Shown here in pieces: positions 31,776 through 42,500 of a stretch of 64,000 nucleotides of DNA; the first letter of the stretch is position 1; every line of letters begins with the position of its first letter. The notes beneath the pieces were generated by a model, which did not search any database, was not told the origin of the DNA, and saw only the letters and a program-made list of their open reading frames with translations. Source of the DNA: an uncultured Candidatus Rokubacteria bacterium (lineage in GTDB: Bacteria; Methylomirabilota; Methylomirabilia; Rokubacteriales; DASRDR01); contig CAVPSB010000018.1 in the NCBI GenBank assembly GCA_963708025.1, positions 64,001-128,000 on the forward strand, read 5' to 3'. Made by a program: the position numbers and the translations under genes.

Positions 31776-33129
31776 TCACCCGGCGGGGCGCCAGGGCGTG
31801 GCGTTGGCGGACGGGACGTCGCCCGGGTCGGCGCCGTGTGCGTGCATCGCGCGCTGGATGGCCTTCGGATCGACGTCGCGGACCCGGACGCCGGCCGACA
31901 GCGCGAGCACCGCGGCCAGACCGACCGCCTGCCCCTGCACCATGCAGGGCGGGATCTCGCGGGAGAGCTTCTGGGCCGACGGGTCGGCGGAGTAGTGACG
32001 CCCGGCCACCAGGAGCTGCTCGACGCCTCGCGGCACCAGGGCGCGGTAGGGCGTGTAGTAATCCCGGCCGCGGCAGACCGTGTCGGGGAAGTGGCGCCGC
32101 TGGAGCACGTCCTCCCTGGTCACGACGTACTCGCCCTGCAGGAGCCGCGTCTGCCGCACACCGAGCTGGGGCGCCGTATCGACCAGGTAGCAGTGCTGGA
32201 ACCCCGGCAGCTGGGCCCGCGCGAACGCGACGAGGGCGGCGATCCGCCGCCGGCCCTCGAGCTCGGCGGCCGTGAGGTCCTCGACCTTGACGGCGTCGTA
32301 GCCCGGCAGGTGGGGACAGTTGCACCAGACGATCCCCGGCAGCGGCGTCTTGAGCCACCACATGTCCCACGAGCCCACGAGGAGCCCCCGCGCCTGGCGG
32401 TCGAGCTCGGCGTACTCTTCCGGGTGCTCGGCCTCGAATCGGAGCGCGGCCTCGGTGTCCACGCCGCCCAGCCGGAACACGGTGGTGACGATGTACGAGC
32501 CCTGGACGTGCGGCGCGCCGGCGCGGGAGGCGACGTCGAGGTCGCCGGTGGCGTCGATGACGACGCTGCCCAGGAGCGCCTGGCGGCCGGCCTTGGTCTC
32601 GACGATCACGCCCCGGATCCGTCCGTCCTCGACGATGGGCGCGGCGAACCAGCTGTGGAGACGCAGCTCGACGCCGGCCTCGCCGACCAGGTCGTTCGAG
32701 ACACCGCTTCCAGCCGTCGGGGTCGAAGGCCACGGCGTAGACGATCGGCTGAGGCTTGCCGTGGGCGCGGAAGTCGTGGCAGCCCCAGCGCGCCCACTTC
32801 CGCCAGACGTCCCACCCGACGCGGCGGTCCTCGGCCGGCGGCGAGACCGCGAGGCCCAGCTTCTCGAGCCGCTCGATGACCTCCCGGACGATCCCGGTCG
32901 TCGTGATCTCCTCACCGTTGACCATGTCGTCCAGCACCAGGACCATCCCGCCCGACGCCATGCCGCCCAGATACCCGTAGCGCTCGACCAGGGCGACGCG
33001 GGCGCCGCTCCGCGCCGCCGCCACCGCCGCGCTCGTGCCCGCGGACCCGCCGCCGACCACGACCACGTCCCACTCCCCGACGATCGGGGTATCGCGGGCG
33101 ACCTCGGCGAGGGTCTTGTTCCCGGACAT
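31776..33129 (-). CDS. FAD-dependent oxidoreductase; frameshift near 32700
   Basis: [37 protein letters not shown]. Confidence 0.88.
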
Positions 33130-33161
33130 CGCTCAGTGCGCCTCCTCCGGCTTCCACGTCA

Positions 33162-33261
33162 CCTCCCGCCCACCCGTCCTTCGACGGCCTTCGGCCTTTG
33201 GCCCCCCTCTCCTTCCATTGGACGGCCTTCGGCCTTTGGCTGGGGGGAGGGGGGAGTCGGA
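33162..33261 (-). repeat. G/C-tract repeat, copy 6 (inverted; two GGCCTTCGGCCTTTGG modules)
   Basis: CCTCCCGCCCACCC ... GGGGGGAGGGGGGAGTCGGA on the plus strand. Confidence 0.8.
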
Positions 33262-33268
33262 CACGCTC

Positions 33269-34099
33269 TCATTGGGCCTCCCCCGGCTTCCACGTCACGA
33301 TCCGGCGCTCGACGAAGCCGATCACCGCGAAGAACACGACGGCCCACCCCGATGCGACGAAGATCGTGGCGTACAGGAGGGGCGAGCGGAAGTTGTGGGT
33401 GGCCTCGATGATGAGGGCGCCGAGCCCGAGGTCGGCGCCGATCCACTCGCCGACGATCGCGCCCAGCACCGAGGTCGTCGAGGCGATCTTCAGCGCCGAG
33501 AAGAGAAAGGGCAGCGAGCTCGGCACCCGGAGCTTCCAGAACACCTCGGCCCGGCTCGCCGAGAGCACGCGCATGAGCTCGAGGGACTGCGGGTTGACCG
33601 ACTGGAGGCCGCGCACCATGTTGGCGAGGGTGGGGAAGAAGCAGATGAAGGCGGCGATCACGACCTTGGAGGTCATCCCGAGCCCGAAGATCAGGACGAG
33701 GATCGGGGCCTTGGCCAGCACGGGGATGGTGTTGATGAAGACCGCGATCGGGTAGAAGGCCGCCTCCAGGCGCTTCTCGTGGACGAAGATCACGGCCACG
33801 AGGATCGCCACGGTGTTGCCGATGAGGAAGCCGACGAGGCTCTCGAGCGCGGTCGGCAGGAAGTTCCGGAGCAGGACCGGCAGCTCCGTGGCGAGCGTCC
33901 GGGCCACCTGGATCGGGGTCGGCGCGATGTAGATGGGCAGCCCGAAAGCCCAGGCGCCGAGCTGCCAGGCCGTCAGGAGGCCGAGGGCCGCGACGATCGG
34001 GGCGACCCGGTCGGAGCCACGACGGCGGCCGGCTCCGACGACGGGGGCGGGGGAGGCGGGCGCGGCGACGGTGTCGACGCGGCCCACGGCCGTCAGCAA
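33269..34099 (-). CDS. ABC permease (NitT/TauT family)
   Basis: FFPTLAN, KLRVPSSLPFLF, GAIVGEW. Confidence 0.88.
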   Translation of the reverse strand: MLTAVGRVDTVAAPASPAPVVGAGRRRGSDRVAPIVAALGLLTAWQLGAWAFGLPIYIAPTPIQVARTLATELPVLLRNFLPTALESLVGFLIGNTVAILVAVIFVHEKRLEAAFYPIAVFINTIPVLAKAPILVLIFGLGMTSKVVIAAFICFFPTLANMVRGLQSVNPQSLELMRVLSASRAEVFWKLRVPSSLPFLFSALKIASTTSVLGAIVGEWIGADLGLGALIIEATHNFRSPLLYATIFVASGWAVVFFAVIGFVERRIVTWKPGEAQ

Positions 34100-34877
34100 G
34101 TCTCCAGCAGCGCCCGGAGCTGCGCGGCGATGCGGACGAAGGCCGTCGTCTCGCGGATCTGGAGCGGCCGGGGGTACGGCAGGTCGACCGTCACCAGCTC
34201 ACGCACGCGGCCGGGATTGGTGGCGAGCACCAGCACCTGCTGGGAGAGGAACACGGCCTCCGGGATCGAGTGCGTCACGAAGACGATGGTCGTGCCCGTC
34301 TCCCGCCAGATCCGCAGGAGCTCCTCGTTGAGGCTGTCCCGGGTGATCTCGTCCAGCGCACCGAAGGGCTCGTCCATGAGGAGGAGGCGCGGCTCGGTGA
34401 CGAGGGCCCGGGCGATCGCGACCCGCTGGCGCATCCCGCCGGACAGCTCGTGCGGGAGCGATGCCTCGCGACCCGCGAGCCCGACCAGCCGGAGGAGCTC
34501 TTCCGGCGTCTGCCGTCCAGCGGTCTCCCCTCGGCGCGGTCCCACCTCCAGCGGGAGCCGGACGTTCTCGAGCGCCGATCGCCACGGCAGGAGCGTGGGG
34601 TCCTGGAACACGAAGCCGAGCTGGCGGGTGGCGCGTGCCATCGCCGGCGTCCCGCCGAGCACGGTGACCTGGCCCTCGGTCGCGGCCACCAGGTCGGCGA
34701 CCAGGCGGAGCAGGGTCGACTTCCCGCATCCGGAGGGGCCCAGGAGCGTCATGAACCCGCCCGCCGGGATGGCGACCGAGACCTTCTCCAGGGCCGTCAC
34801 CGCGCCCCGCTCGCTCGCGAAGCGGACGGTCGCGGCCTCCAGACGAACCGCCGGCTCCGCGGAGATTCCCAGCGTGG
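34093..34877 (-). CDS. ABC ATP-binding protein (NitT/TauT); start codon unclear
   Basis: GPSGCGKST, LSGGMRQR, LMDEPF, VTHS. Confidence 0.88.
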
Positions 34878-35930
34878 CTACCCGATCTTGGGCCGAGCGG
34901 CCGCCGTCGCCTGGAGGATCGACTCCGTCATCACGTCGCTCACCTTCGGCGCCGGGCCCTTGAACTGGCCGAGCTCCTCGTAGACGCGGAGCTGACGCTC
35001 CCAGATGCCCGGCTCCATCGTGCCCCACCCCTTGGCGGCCGTGGTCTTGGTGAAGCTGAACCCGAGCACCGGCTTGATGCCCTCGAGCTCGCCTTCCCGG
35101 TTCAGGTTCGGGTACGCCTTGACGAGCAGGTCCACCGCCTTCTCCGGATTCTGGTGGGTGTACGCCCACCCCTTCGCGGCCGCCCGGATGAACGCGGCGA
35201 GCACGTCGGCGTGCTTCTGGATCGTCTCGTCGGTGGCGTAGTAGAGGTTCGCGTAGAGCTGGATGCCGTTGTCCCAGAGCCGCATGTCGACCCGGTCGGG
35301 CCCGATCGCCTTGAGGGCGGTCGTGTTGGTGAGCCATCCCGTGACGGCGTCCACCTGGCCGGTCATGAGCGGCGCCATCTCGCTGCCCATCACCACGACC
35401 TGCACGTCCGATTCCTTGATCTTGTGGTGCGCCAGGAGCGCCCGCAGCAGGATCCGCGCCGTGCCCTGGGTGCCGATCTTCTTGCCGATCATGTCCTGCG
35501 GCGTGCGGATCGGCTTCTTCGGCAGGGAGAAGTAGGTGAACGGGTGCTCCTGATAGCCGACGGCGACGCACTTGACGGGGATCCCGCCCGCGCGGGCCAG
35601 CATCAGGGACGGGCTGGAGGATAGATTGCCCACCTGCGCGGACCCTGCCGCCACGATCGCCACCCCCTCCACGTTCGGGCCGCCGGGCGTGATCTTGAGA
35701 TTGAGGCCCTCCGCCTCGAAATAGCCGAGGCTTCGGGCCACGATCTCGCCGATCTGCCCGTTGCTGACGATCCAGCCGAGCTGGAAGGTGACCTCGGTCG
35801 GCGCCCCCCGCGCGACCCGCGGCACGGAGAGGAGACCCCCGCCGGCCGCGAGCCCCCCGAGCAGGGCCATCGAGCGACCGAGCAGCTGGCGGCGAGTCAT
35901 GCCTGCGTCCATCCCGTTTCTCGAGCTCAT
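34878..35930 (-). CDS. NMT1/THI5-like ABC substrate-binding protein, Tat signal
   Basis: TRRQLL signal, QLGW, GYFEAEGL, PGGP, GKKIG. Confidence 0.85.
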   Translation of the reverse strand: MSSRNGMDAGMTRRQLLGRSMALLGGLAAGGGLLSVPRVARGAPTEVTFQLGWIVSNGQIGEIVARSLGYFEAEGLNLKITPGGPNVEGVAIVAAGSAQVGNLSSSPSLMLARAGGIPVKCVAVGYQEHPFTYFSLPKKPIRTPQDMIGKKIGTQGTARILLRALLAHHKIKESDVQVVVMGSEMAPLMTGQVDAVTGWLTNTTALKAIGPDRVDMRLWDNGIQLYANLYYATDETIQKHADVLAAFIRAAAKGWAYTHQNPEKAVDLLVKAYPNLNREGELEGIKPVLGFSFTKTTAAKGWGTMEPGIWERQLRVYEELGQFKGPAPKVSDVMTESILQATAAARPKIG

Positions 35931-36177
35931 GGCCTGGCCTCCTCGCTCCGGGTGCGGCTGCGGGATTCGGCCTAGAACATAGCCCGTTTCGCCAGCGAAG
36001 CCAAGCCGGCGGACCGACCTGCGGGCGCGCCCCTTGCGGTTCGGGAGCCCGCGCCCACCGTTGTCCTGGAGCTCGACTATCGACTGACCAGTACGCCTCG
36101 GGTCGAGACTGCGCCACGGCCTCCGTCGCACGGCCGTCCGGAATCTGGTACACTCGGGTGTCCCGGAAAGCCGAATC

Positions 36178-36255
36178 GGGGTCGTGGTGCAGCATGGTTA
36201 GCACACTGGCCTGTCAAGCCAGAGGCCGCGGGTTCAAGTCCCGTCGACCCCGCCA
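36178..36255 (+). tRNA. tRNA-Asp (GTC)
   Basis: Full cloverleaf: GGGGTCG/CGACCCC acceptor, CTGGC-CTGTCAA-GCCAG anticodon arm, GGTTCAAGTCC, CCA. Confidence 0.95.
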
Positions 36256-36271
36256 TATCTGACCGGTACTT

Positions 36272-36304
36272 GCCAGGAGGCTGGGCCAGAGCCAGCCTCC
36301 TGGC
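36272..36304. terminator. Hairpin after tRNA-Asp
   Basis: GCCAGGAGGCTGG-N7-CCAGCCTCCTGGC, 13-bp stem. Confidence 0.5.
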
Positions 36305-36325
36305 TGTACCCGGAAATGTCCCCGG

Positions 36326-36520
36326 TCAGCGTGGGTTCTCAGGTGGGGTGAGCCTTCGGGCGACGTCCCGCAAGTCGGCCGGACTCACGATGTGGTACCG
36401 GTCGAACACGCTCCGGGTACGGTGGCCGGTCACCGTCATGGCGACCCGCTCGGGCACTCCGGCGTTGACCAGGTTCCGGACGGCGGTGCGCCGGAAGTCG
36501 TGACGGAGCATCTTGGGCAC
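36326..36520 (-). pseudogene. Tyrosine integrase C-terminal relic
   Basis: [11 protein letters not shown] ... [12 protein letters not shown] (HxxR, GH, catalytic Y); upstream domains missing. Confidence 0.85.
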
Positions 36521-36685
36521 GCCTGCCTTTTAAGATGAGGGGCTGAGCGTCCTCCGTTGTCTTAGTCCTTCTCGAATTAGCACTTTTCCCGACCGCCCGA
36601 CCCCCCGAATTTCCCAGCAGAACCCGAAAGTCACTCCGAAACCGTCAGCAAAACGTCAGCATGGTTCGGCCGGTTGTCGGAAATG

Positions 36686-36740
36686 TGGTGCCGGGAGCGG
36701 GAGTCGAACCCCCACGGGCGTTGCCGCCCACCAGATTTTG
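36686..36740 (-). mobile_element. 3' half of tRNA-Leu(CAA); att-like fragment
   Basis: Minus strand CAAAATCTGG TGGGCGGCAACGCCCG TGGGGGTTCGACTCCCGC TCCCGGCACCA, with long variable arm. Confidence 0.75.
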
Positions 36741-36759
36741 TCCGGCCGTCGCCCAGTTC

Positions 36760-36996
36760 CTACTGCCTGGCTCCGACTAGGCGTCGGGGCGCGGGGTGTT
36801 GCGCCAAGAACTCGGCGAGCGCCTCGCGGACTACGTCGGCAAGCGACCGCCGTTCCGCGAAGGCGATCGACCGGAGCGCCTCATGCTGCCCTGCCTCGAT
36901 TGCGGCAAATAGCGTCACCGGCGCCTCTAGCTTCTTGTCGCCCCGTCGCGCCCTGCGGCGCGGGGCACGGACCCGAACCGCGCGCTCAGTCTTCAT
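36760..36996 (-). CDS. Ribbon-helix-helix (CopG-like) protein
   Basis: EALRSIAFAERRSLADVVREALAEFL. Confidence 0.6.
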   Translation of the reverse strand: MKTERAVRVRAPRRRARRGDKKLEAPVTLFAAIEAGQHEALRSIAFAERRSLADVVREALAEFLAQHPAPRRLVGARQ

Positions 36997-37372
36997 CGCC
37001 GCGCACCTCCTCCTCGATGATCACCAGGTGCTCGACCGGCCGTACGAATTTCAGGTAGATCGCTTTCTGCCGGAAGCGCGGCCGGAGGACGTCGCGTGCG
37101 TAGGCACGGAGCCACGCACGGCTTTCCTCCGTATCGGGCAGATCGACTTCCAGCAAGGCCAACACGTCCCGATCCACTAGCCCCTGGTCCCACCAGAACC
37201 CGCGCGGAGCGTCGTGGCGAAAGAGGAAGAGCGTGCCGCCACCAAACCTTGCGGCAAGCTCGTCGGCGGTGTCGAGAAACTTCGTCTCCTCCACCGACGC
37301 TCGTGCGCCAGTGGCGTCTGGGTTGTAGAAGAGGGGCAGCCGCAGGAGCACCGTTAGCCATCCAGACGCCAT
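36986..37372 (-). CDS. Hypothetical protein overlapping the RHH gene
   Basis: 128 aa, SD GGAGG; LPLFYN...RFGG...GFW...RFRQKAIY. Confidence 0.6.
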   Translation of the reverse strand: MASGWLTVLLRLPLFYNPDATGARASVEETKFLDTADELAARFGGGTLFLFRHDAPRGFWWDQGLVDRDVLALLEVDLPDTEESRAWLRAYARDVLRPRFRQKAIYLKFVRPVEHLVIIEEEVRGDED

Positions 37373-37620
37373 CGCGGCCCCTCCCCGGCAGTTGACCTAT
37401 CATGCTAGCATAATAGCACACGGTCTCCGACCCGCCGAACAACATCGCGCGCTTCGCCGACGTCCCTCATCTCACCGGCCGGCTGGCGCTTTGCTGACGG
37501 AAATCACCGGCTTCGGCCCCAGACGCTTTGGCAGGAGCGTTCCATCCCTGCGTGCTAGGTTCGGAACGTAGTGGTAGTACCGTGTCACGAGCCGGCGCAG
37601 CTGGCCTCCAAGCTCTCGCT

Positions 37621-39216
37621 TCAGCGGGACATTCCCGCGCTTTGGCGTCCAACACCCCCGCTAGAGCCGGGTCCTCCGAGTAGCTCGCCAAGCTGCGTGG
37701 CCACATGGCCCTCATCCGCCCGCCCGAACGCGGCGGCGACGAAGCGGTCCGGACGGATCAGCACGAAGCGGCTCCCGGTGCCCAGGAATGTGGCCAGCCG
37801 GCCGTCGAGGTCAGCGACGCGCCGGAGATCGCGCCCGGGCGCACGGTCGCCCAGCACGATCGCCAGCCTCCGAGCGCCGATCCGGTCCCAGAGCGGATGC
37901 GTCAGCGTCGCGAACGGATCGTTGGCGGCCGGGTCGATCGCGAGCAGGGCGAAGCCTGCGCCGAGCAGATCGTCGAGCGGGACTTCGCGGCCGTCGCCAC
38001 TCAGGACGTTCGGCTGTGGCAGGGCCCGTCCGACCGCCGGCACGCGCTCGTCCAGGACGACGAGGCCGCCCCGACATGTCTGCTCGGGGCGGAACCGCAT
38101 CTCGGCCAGGTAGCGGTGCGAGCGCGGCCACCAATTGGCCGCGGCGATCAGGAGATCCCGGATCGTCGCGCGCAGGGGGCTGGTCGTCATCATGATCTTG
38201 CCCAGCCGGATCGACAACCGGATGATCGCCTCCGCGTAGGGCCGGCGCTCCGCCTCGTAGGTGTCGAGGAGCCGCGCCCCGGCGCCCCCACGCAGGGTCA
38301 TCACGAGCTTCCAGATCAGGTTATCGGCATCGCGGATGCCGGTGTTGAGCCCGGCCCCCGCGAACGGCGGCATCATGTGGGCGGCGTCCCCCAGCAGAAA
38401 GCAGCGCCCCGCACGCCAGCGCTCGGCGAGCAGCGCGTGAAACGTGTAGACGGTCCGCCGGCTGACGTCGCGCGGCTCGACCGGTCGGAAGGGCGCCAGC
38501 AGGGTGCGGACGAACTCGAAGGATGGATCCGCCTCGGCTTCACCGGGGAGGAGGAGAAACTCGTACCGGCAGCAGCCGTCGCGCCCAGGGACGATCACGT
38601 GGGGCCGCGCCGGGTCGCCATGATGCATCGCGAAGCGCTGATCGTGTGGGTCGTTGACCGTGTCGATCACGATCCATGGCTCCCGGAAGCTCGAGCCGGC
38701 CATTGTGAGGCCGAGCCGCGAGCGGACTGTGCTCCGCCCGCCGTCGCAGCCCAGGAGGAACTGGCAGCGAACCCGCTCGCCGCCGGCGAGCATGGCGGTC
38801 ACGCCGTCCGAGTCCTGCTCGAGCGCCTCGAACGCGGTCGAGAAGCGGACCTCGACCGTCTCGAACCGCCGGGCACAGGCGAGGAGGGTCCGCTCGAGCT
38901 CGGGCTGTTGGAAGGGATTCTTGACCGGGTGGCCGTTTCGTGGTGGCCAGATGCCGCGCGCGTAGGCAAGCAACTGGCCGCGCCTCCCGTAGTACTTCGT
39001 CCCCGTGCCCGGGAGGATGGTTGGGTAAATGGCCTCCGCAATGCCCGCGCGCTGCAGGGTGCGAAGTGCGACGTCGTCGATCGTGACCGCCTTCGGTTCG
39101 TCGCTCGTGGCCGGGTTCCGCTCGACCACCAACGTGTGGACGCCCACGCTTCCGAGCAGGATCGCCGAGACCAGGCCGGTGGGGCCCGCCCCGACGACCA
39201 GCACCCGCGGGTTCAC
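37621..39216 (-). CDS. FAD-dependent aromatic monooxygenase (MhpA-like)
   Basis: VGAGPTG, GCDGGRS, LLGDAAHMMPPFAGAGLNTG, IRPDRFV. Confidence 0.88.
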   Translation of the reverse strand: MNPRVLVVGAGPTGLVSAILLGSVGVHTLVVERNPATSDEPKAVTIDDVALRTLQRAGIAEAIYPTILPGTGTKYYGRRGQLLAYARGIWPPRNGHPVKNPFQQPELERTLLACARRFETVEVRFSTAFEALEQDSDGVTAMLAGGERVRCQFLLGCDGGRSTVRSRLGLTMAGSSFREPWIVIDTVNDPHDQRFAMHHGDPARPHVIVPGRDGCCRYEFLLLPGEAEADPSFEFVRTLLAPFRPVEPRDVSRRTVYTFHALLAERWRAGRCFLLGDAAHMMPPFAGAGLNTGIRDADNLIWKLVMTLRGGAGARLLDTYEAERRPYAEAIIRLSIRLGKIMMTTSPLRATIRDLLIAAANWWPRSHRYLAEMRFRPEQTCRGGLVVLDERVPAVGRALPQPNVLSGDGREVPLDDLLGAGFALLAIDPAANDPFATLTHPLWDRIGARRLAIVLGDRAPGRDLRRVADLDGRLATFLGTGSRFVLIRPDRFVAAAFGRADEGHVATQLGELLGGPGSSGGVGRQSAGMSR

Positions 39217-39563
39217 GGCTCCGCCGGTATCCGGCCGGCCGCGCGCCAGGCGGCGCTCTGGCGAGCCGCCGCACGGCGGCGGCGGGCGGCGGCATGAGGG
39301 GGCCCGATACTCGGGGTGCCGATGAGGTCGGGCGGTGAAGCCACCATACGCTCCCTCTGGCTCACGATCATGGCGCCCCAGCATAGCTCAGGATGACCAC
39401 CGGCCAGTCGCGTCGGTGAACCCGGTCGCACGCGAGGGTGGCCGAAGGTCCGTGCGGCGCTGGTTGCTCTGGACGGTCGCAACCCTGGCCCCCCTCTTCG
39501 CGGCTCGTGCTAAGCTCGCAGTGGCGTCTCGGCCTGCACCGACCCGGGTTGTTGGAGGGGCGC

Positions 39564-42500
39564 ATGAAGTGCTCCCGCTGCCAGCACGAGAACTCCGCGG
39601 GAACCAAGTTCTGCGGCCAGTGCGCCGCCCCGCTCGCGTCGCTCTGCGCCGCATGTGGCGCGCCCAACCCTCCCGACAATCGGTTCTGCGGCCAGTGTGC
39701 GGCCCCGCTCCGGCCTGCAGCCGCCCCCAGTGTCCCCGCCCCCGAGGCCTACACCCCTCGCCATCTCGCCGAGAAGATCCTCAGCTCGAAGAGTGCCCTC
39801 GAAGGTGAACGGAAGCAGGTGACGGTCCTGTTCGCCGATCTCAAGGGTTCGATGGAGCTGCTCGCCGACCGCGACCCCGAGGAGGCCCGGAAGGTCCTGG
39901 ACCCCGTCCTTGAGCGGATGATGGAGGCCGTCCACCGCTACGAGGGCACCGTGAACCAGGTCATGGGCGACGGGATCATGGCGCTCTTCGGGGCGCCGGT
40001 CGCCCATGAGGACCACGCGGTGCGCGCCTGCTATGCTGCCCTCGACATGCAAGGCGCCATCCGTCGATATGCCGAAGACGTCTGGCGCGCCCAGGGCATC
40101 ACGGTGAAGATCCGGGTCGGTTTGAACTCGGGCGAGGTCGTGGTTCGAGCCATCGGCAGCGATCTCCGCCTCGACTACACCGCGGTCGGCCAGACGACCC
40201 ACCTGGCCGCGCGGATGGAGCAGCTCGCGACCCCGGGCACCGTGCTGCTCACGGGCGATACGCTCCGACTCGCTGAAGGGTACGTGACGGCGAAGCCGCT
40301 GGGGCCGGTGCCCGTGAAGGGCCTCGAGGCCCCGATGGAGGTCTACGAGCTGATGGGCGCGGGGCCGCTGCGCTCACGGCTCCACGCGGCGGCGACGCGG
40401 GGGTTGACGCGCTTCGTGGGACGCGACAGCCAGCTCGAGCACCTCCGCGAGGCGCTCGCTCGGGCGGCCCAAGGGCACGGCCAGGTGGTCGCCATCGTCG
40501 GCGAGCCGGGCGTGGGCAAGTCGCGCCTGGTCTGGGAAGTGACCCACTCCCACCGCGTCCATGGCTGGCTCGTCCTCCAGGCCGGCTCGGTCTCCTACGG
40601 CAAGGCGGCGTCCTATCTGCCGGTGATCGACCTGCTCAAAGGCTACTTCGCGATCGAGGACCGCGACGGCCCGCGGGCGGTGCAGGAGAAGGCAACTGGC
40701 AAGCTCTTGACGCTGGATCGGGCGCTTGAGGCGAGTCTACCGGCGCTCCTGTCCCTCCTCGACGTGCCGACCGACGACCCCCAGTGGGCCACGCTCGATC
40801 CGCCCCAGCGCCGCCGGCGCACCCTGGACGCGGTGAAGCGGCTCCTCTTGCGGGAGTGCCAGCAGCAGGCGGTCCTGGTGGTCTTCGAAGACCTCCACTG
40901 GATCGATTCCGAGACCCAGGCCCTGCTCGACGCGCTCGTGGAGAGCCTGCCGGCGGCCCGCATCTGCCTCCTCGTGAACTACCGGCCGGAGTATCAGCCG
41001 CCCTGGGGCAGCCGCACCTCGTACACGCAGCTCCGGCTGGATCCCCTGGCGCCCGATCACGCCGACGAGTTGCTGGGCGCGCTGGTGGGTGCCGACGCGG
41101 CCCTCGAACCCCTCAAGCGCACGCTGATCGCGCGGACGGAGGGCAACCCGTTCTTCCTGGAGGAGAGCGTGCGGACGCTCGTCGAGACCGGAGCCCTCGC
41201 GGGCGAGCGGGGCGCCTACCGGCTCGCGCGGCCCCTGCCGAGCATCCAGGTCCCGGCGACGGTGCAGGCCGTGCTGGCCGCCCGCATCGACCGGCTGCTG
41301 CCCGGAGACAAGACGCTCCTTCAGACCGCGTCAGTGATCGGGAAGGATGTCCCCCTGGCGCTGCTCCGGGCGATGACTGAGCCCGCCGAGGGCGACCTCC
41401 ATGCGGCGATCGGACGGCTGCAGGGCGCGGAGTTCCTGTACGAGGCCAGCCTCTTTCCAGACCTCGAGTACACCTTCAAGCACGCCCTGACCCACGACGT
41501 GGCCTATGGCAGTCTGCTCCACGACCGGCGGCGCGCCCTTCATGGCCGGATCGTGACGACCATCGAGCGGCTCTATCCGGACCGGCTGCCCGAGCACGTC
41601 GAGCGGCTGGCCCACCACGCGTTTCGGGCCGAGTTGTGGGTGAACGCGCTGACCTACCTTCGCCAGGCCGGCGCCAAAGCGCTCGCGCGCTCGGCCAACC
41701 GGGAGGCGCTCGCGTACTTCGAGCAGGCGCTGGCGGCGCTGAGCCATCTCCCTGAGACGCGCGAGACGCGGGAGCAGGCCATCGATGTCCGCTTCGACCT
41801 TCGGGAGGCCCTTTTTCCGCTGGCAGAATTCGGAAGGATCGACGCGTATCTCCAGGAAGCCGAAACCCTGGCCAGGAGCCTGGACGACCAGCGGCGACTC
41901 GGGTGGGTCTTGGCCTATATGACCAGCCATCGCGTTGTCACTCGGGCTTCCATAACCGAAGCGCGCACGTGCGCGGAGCAGGTCCAGGCCATCGGCGAGA
42001 CGCTCGCCGACATACCGCTCCAGGTCGCAGCCCAGTACTACCATGCCCACATCGGCTACATGTTGGGCGACTATCGGGGGACCGAAGACACCTGCCGGAA
42101 ACTGACGCAGCTCCTGAAGGGCGACCAGACCCGTGAGCGATTCGGCCTCTGGCAGTTTCCCGCTGTCCTGTCCCGGGCCTTCCTGGCGCGCACCCTCGCC
42201 GAGCGGGGACTGTTCGACGAGGGTGAGGCCCACGGACACGACGCCATTCGGATCGCGGAAGCGCTCGATCATCCATTCAGCCTCATCGAGGCGTGTCTGG
42301 GGCTCGCGTATCTCCACAGCGTCAGGGGGGACCTGAGCCAGGCCGTCCGTCCGCTCGAACGCGCGGTCGCTCTCGGCGGCGAGAACATCACAATATTTGC
42401 TCCGAATGCAATGGCATCCCTCGGGCACGCGTATGCGGCGTCGGGTCGCGTCGGAGAGGGCATCTCCTGGCTGAAGCGGGGGCTGGCCGGCCAGGACTCC

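Noticed and set aside
34093-36204. 703-aa ORF
   Set aside because: Only the C-terminal ~260 aa is an ABC ATPase; the rest is a shadow frame of the binding-protein gene
36686-36740. Functional tRNA-Leu (likewise tRNA-Val at 8300 and a second tRNA-Asp at 52709)
   Set aside because: 5' halves are missing; treated as att fragments
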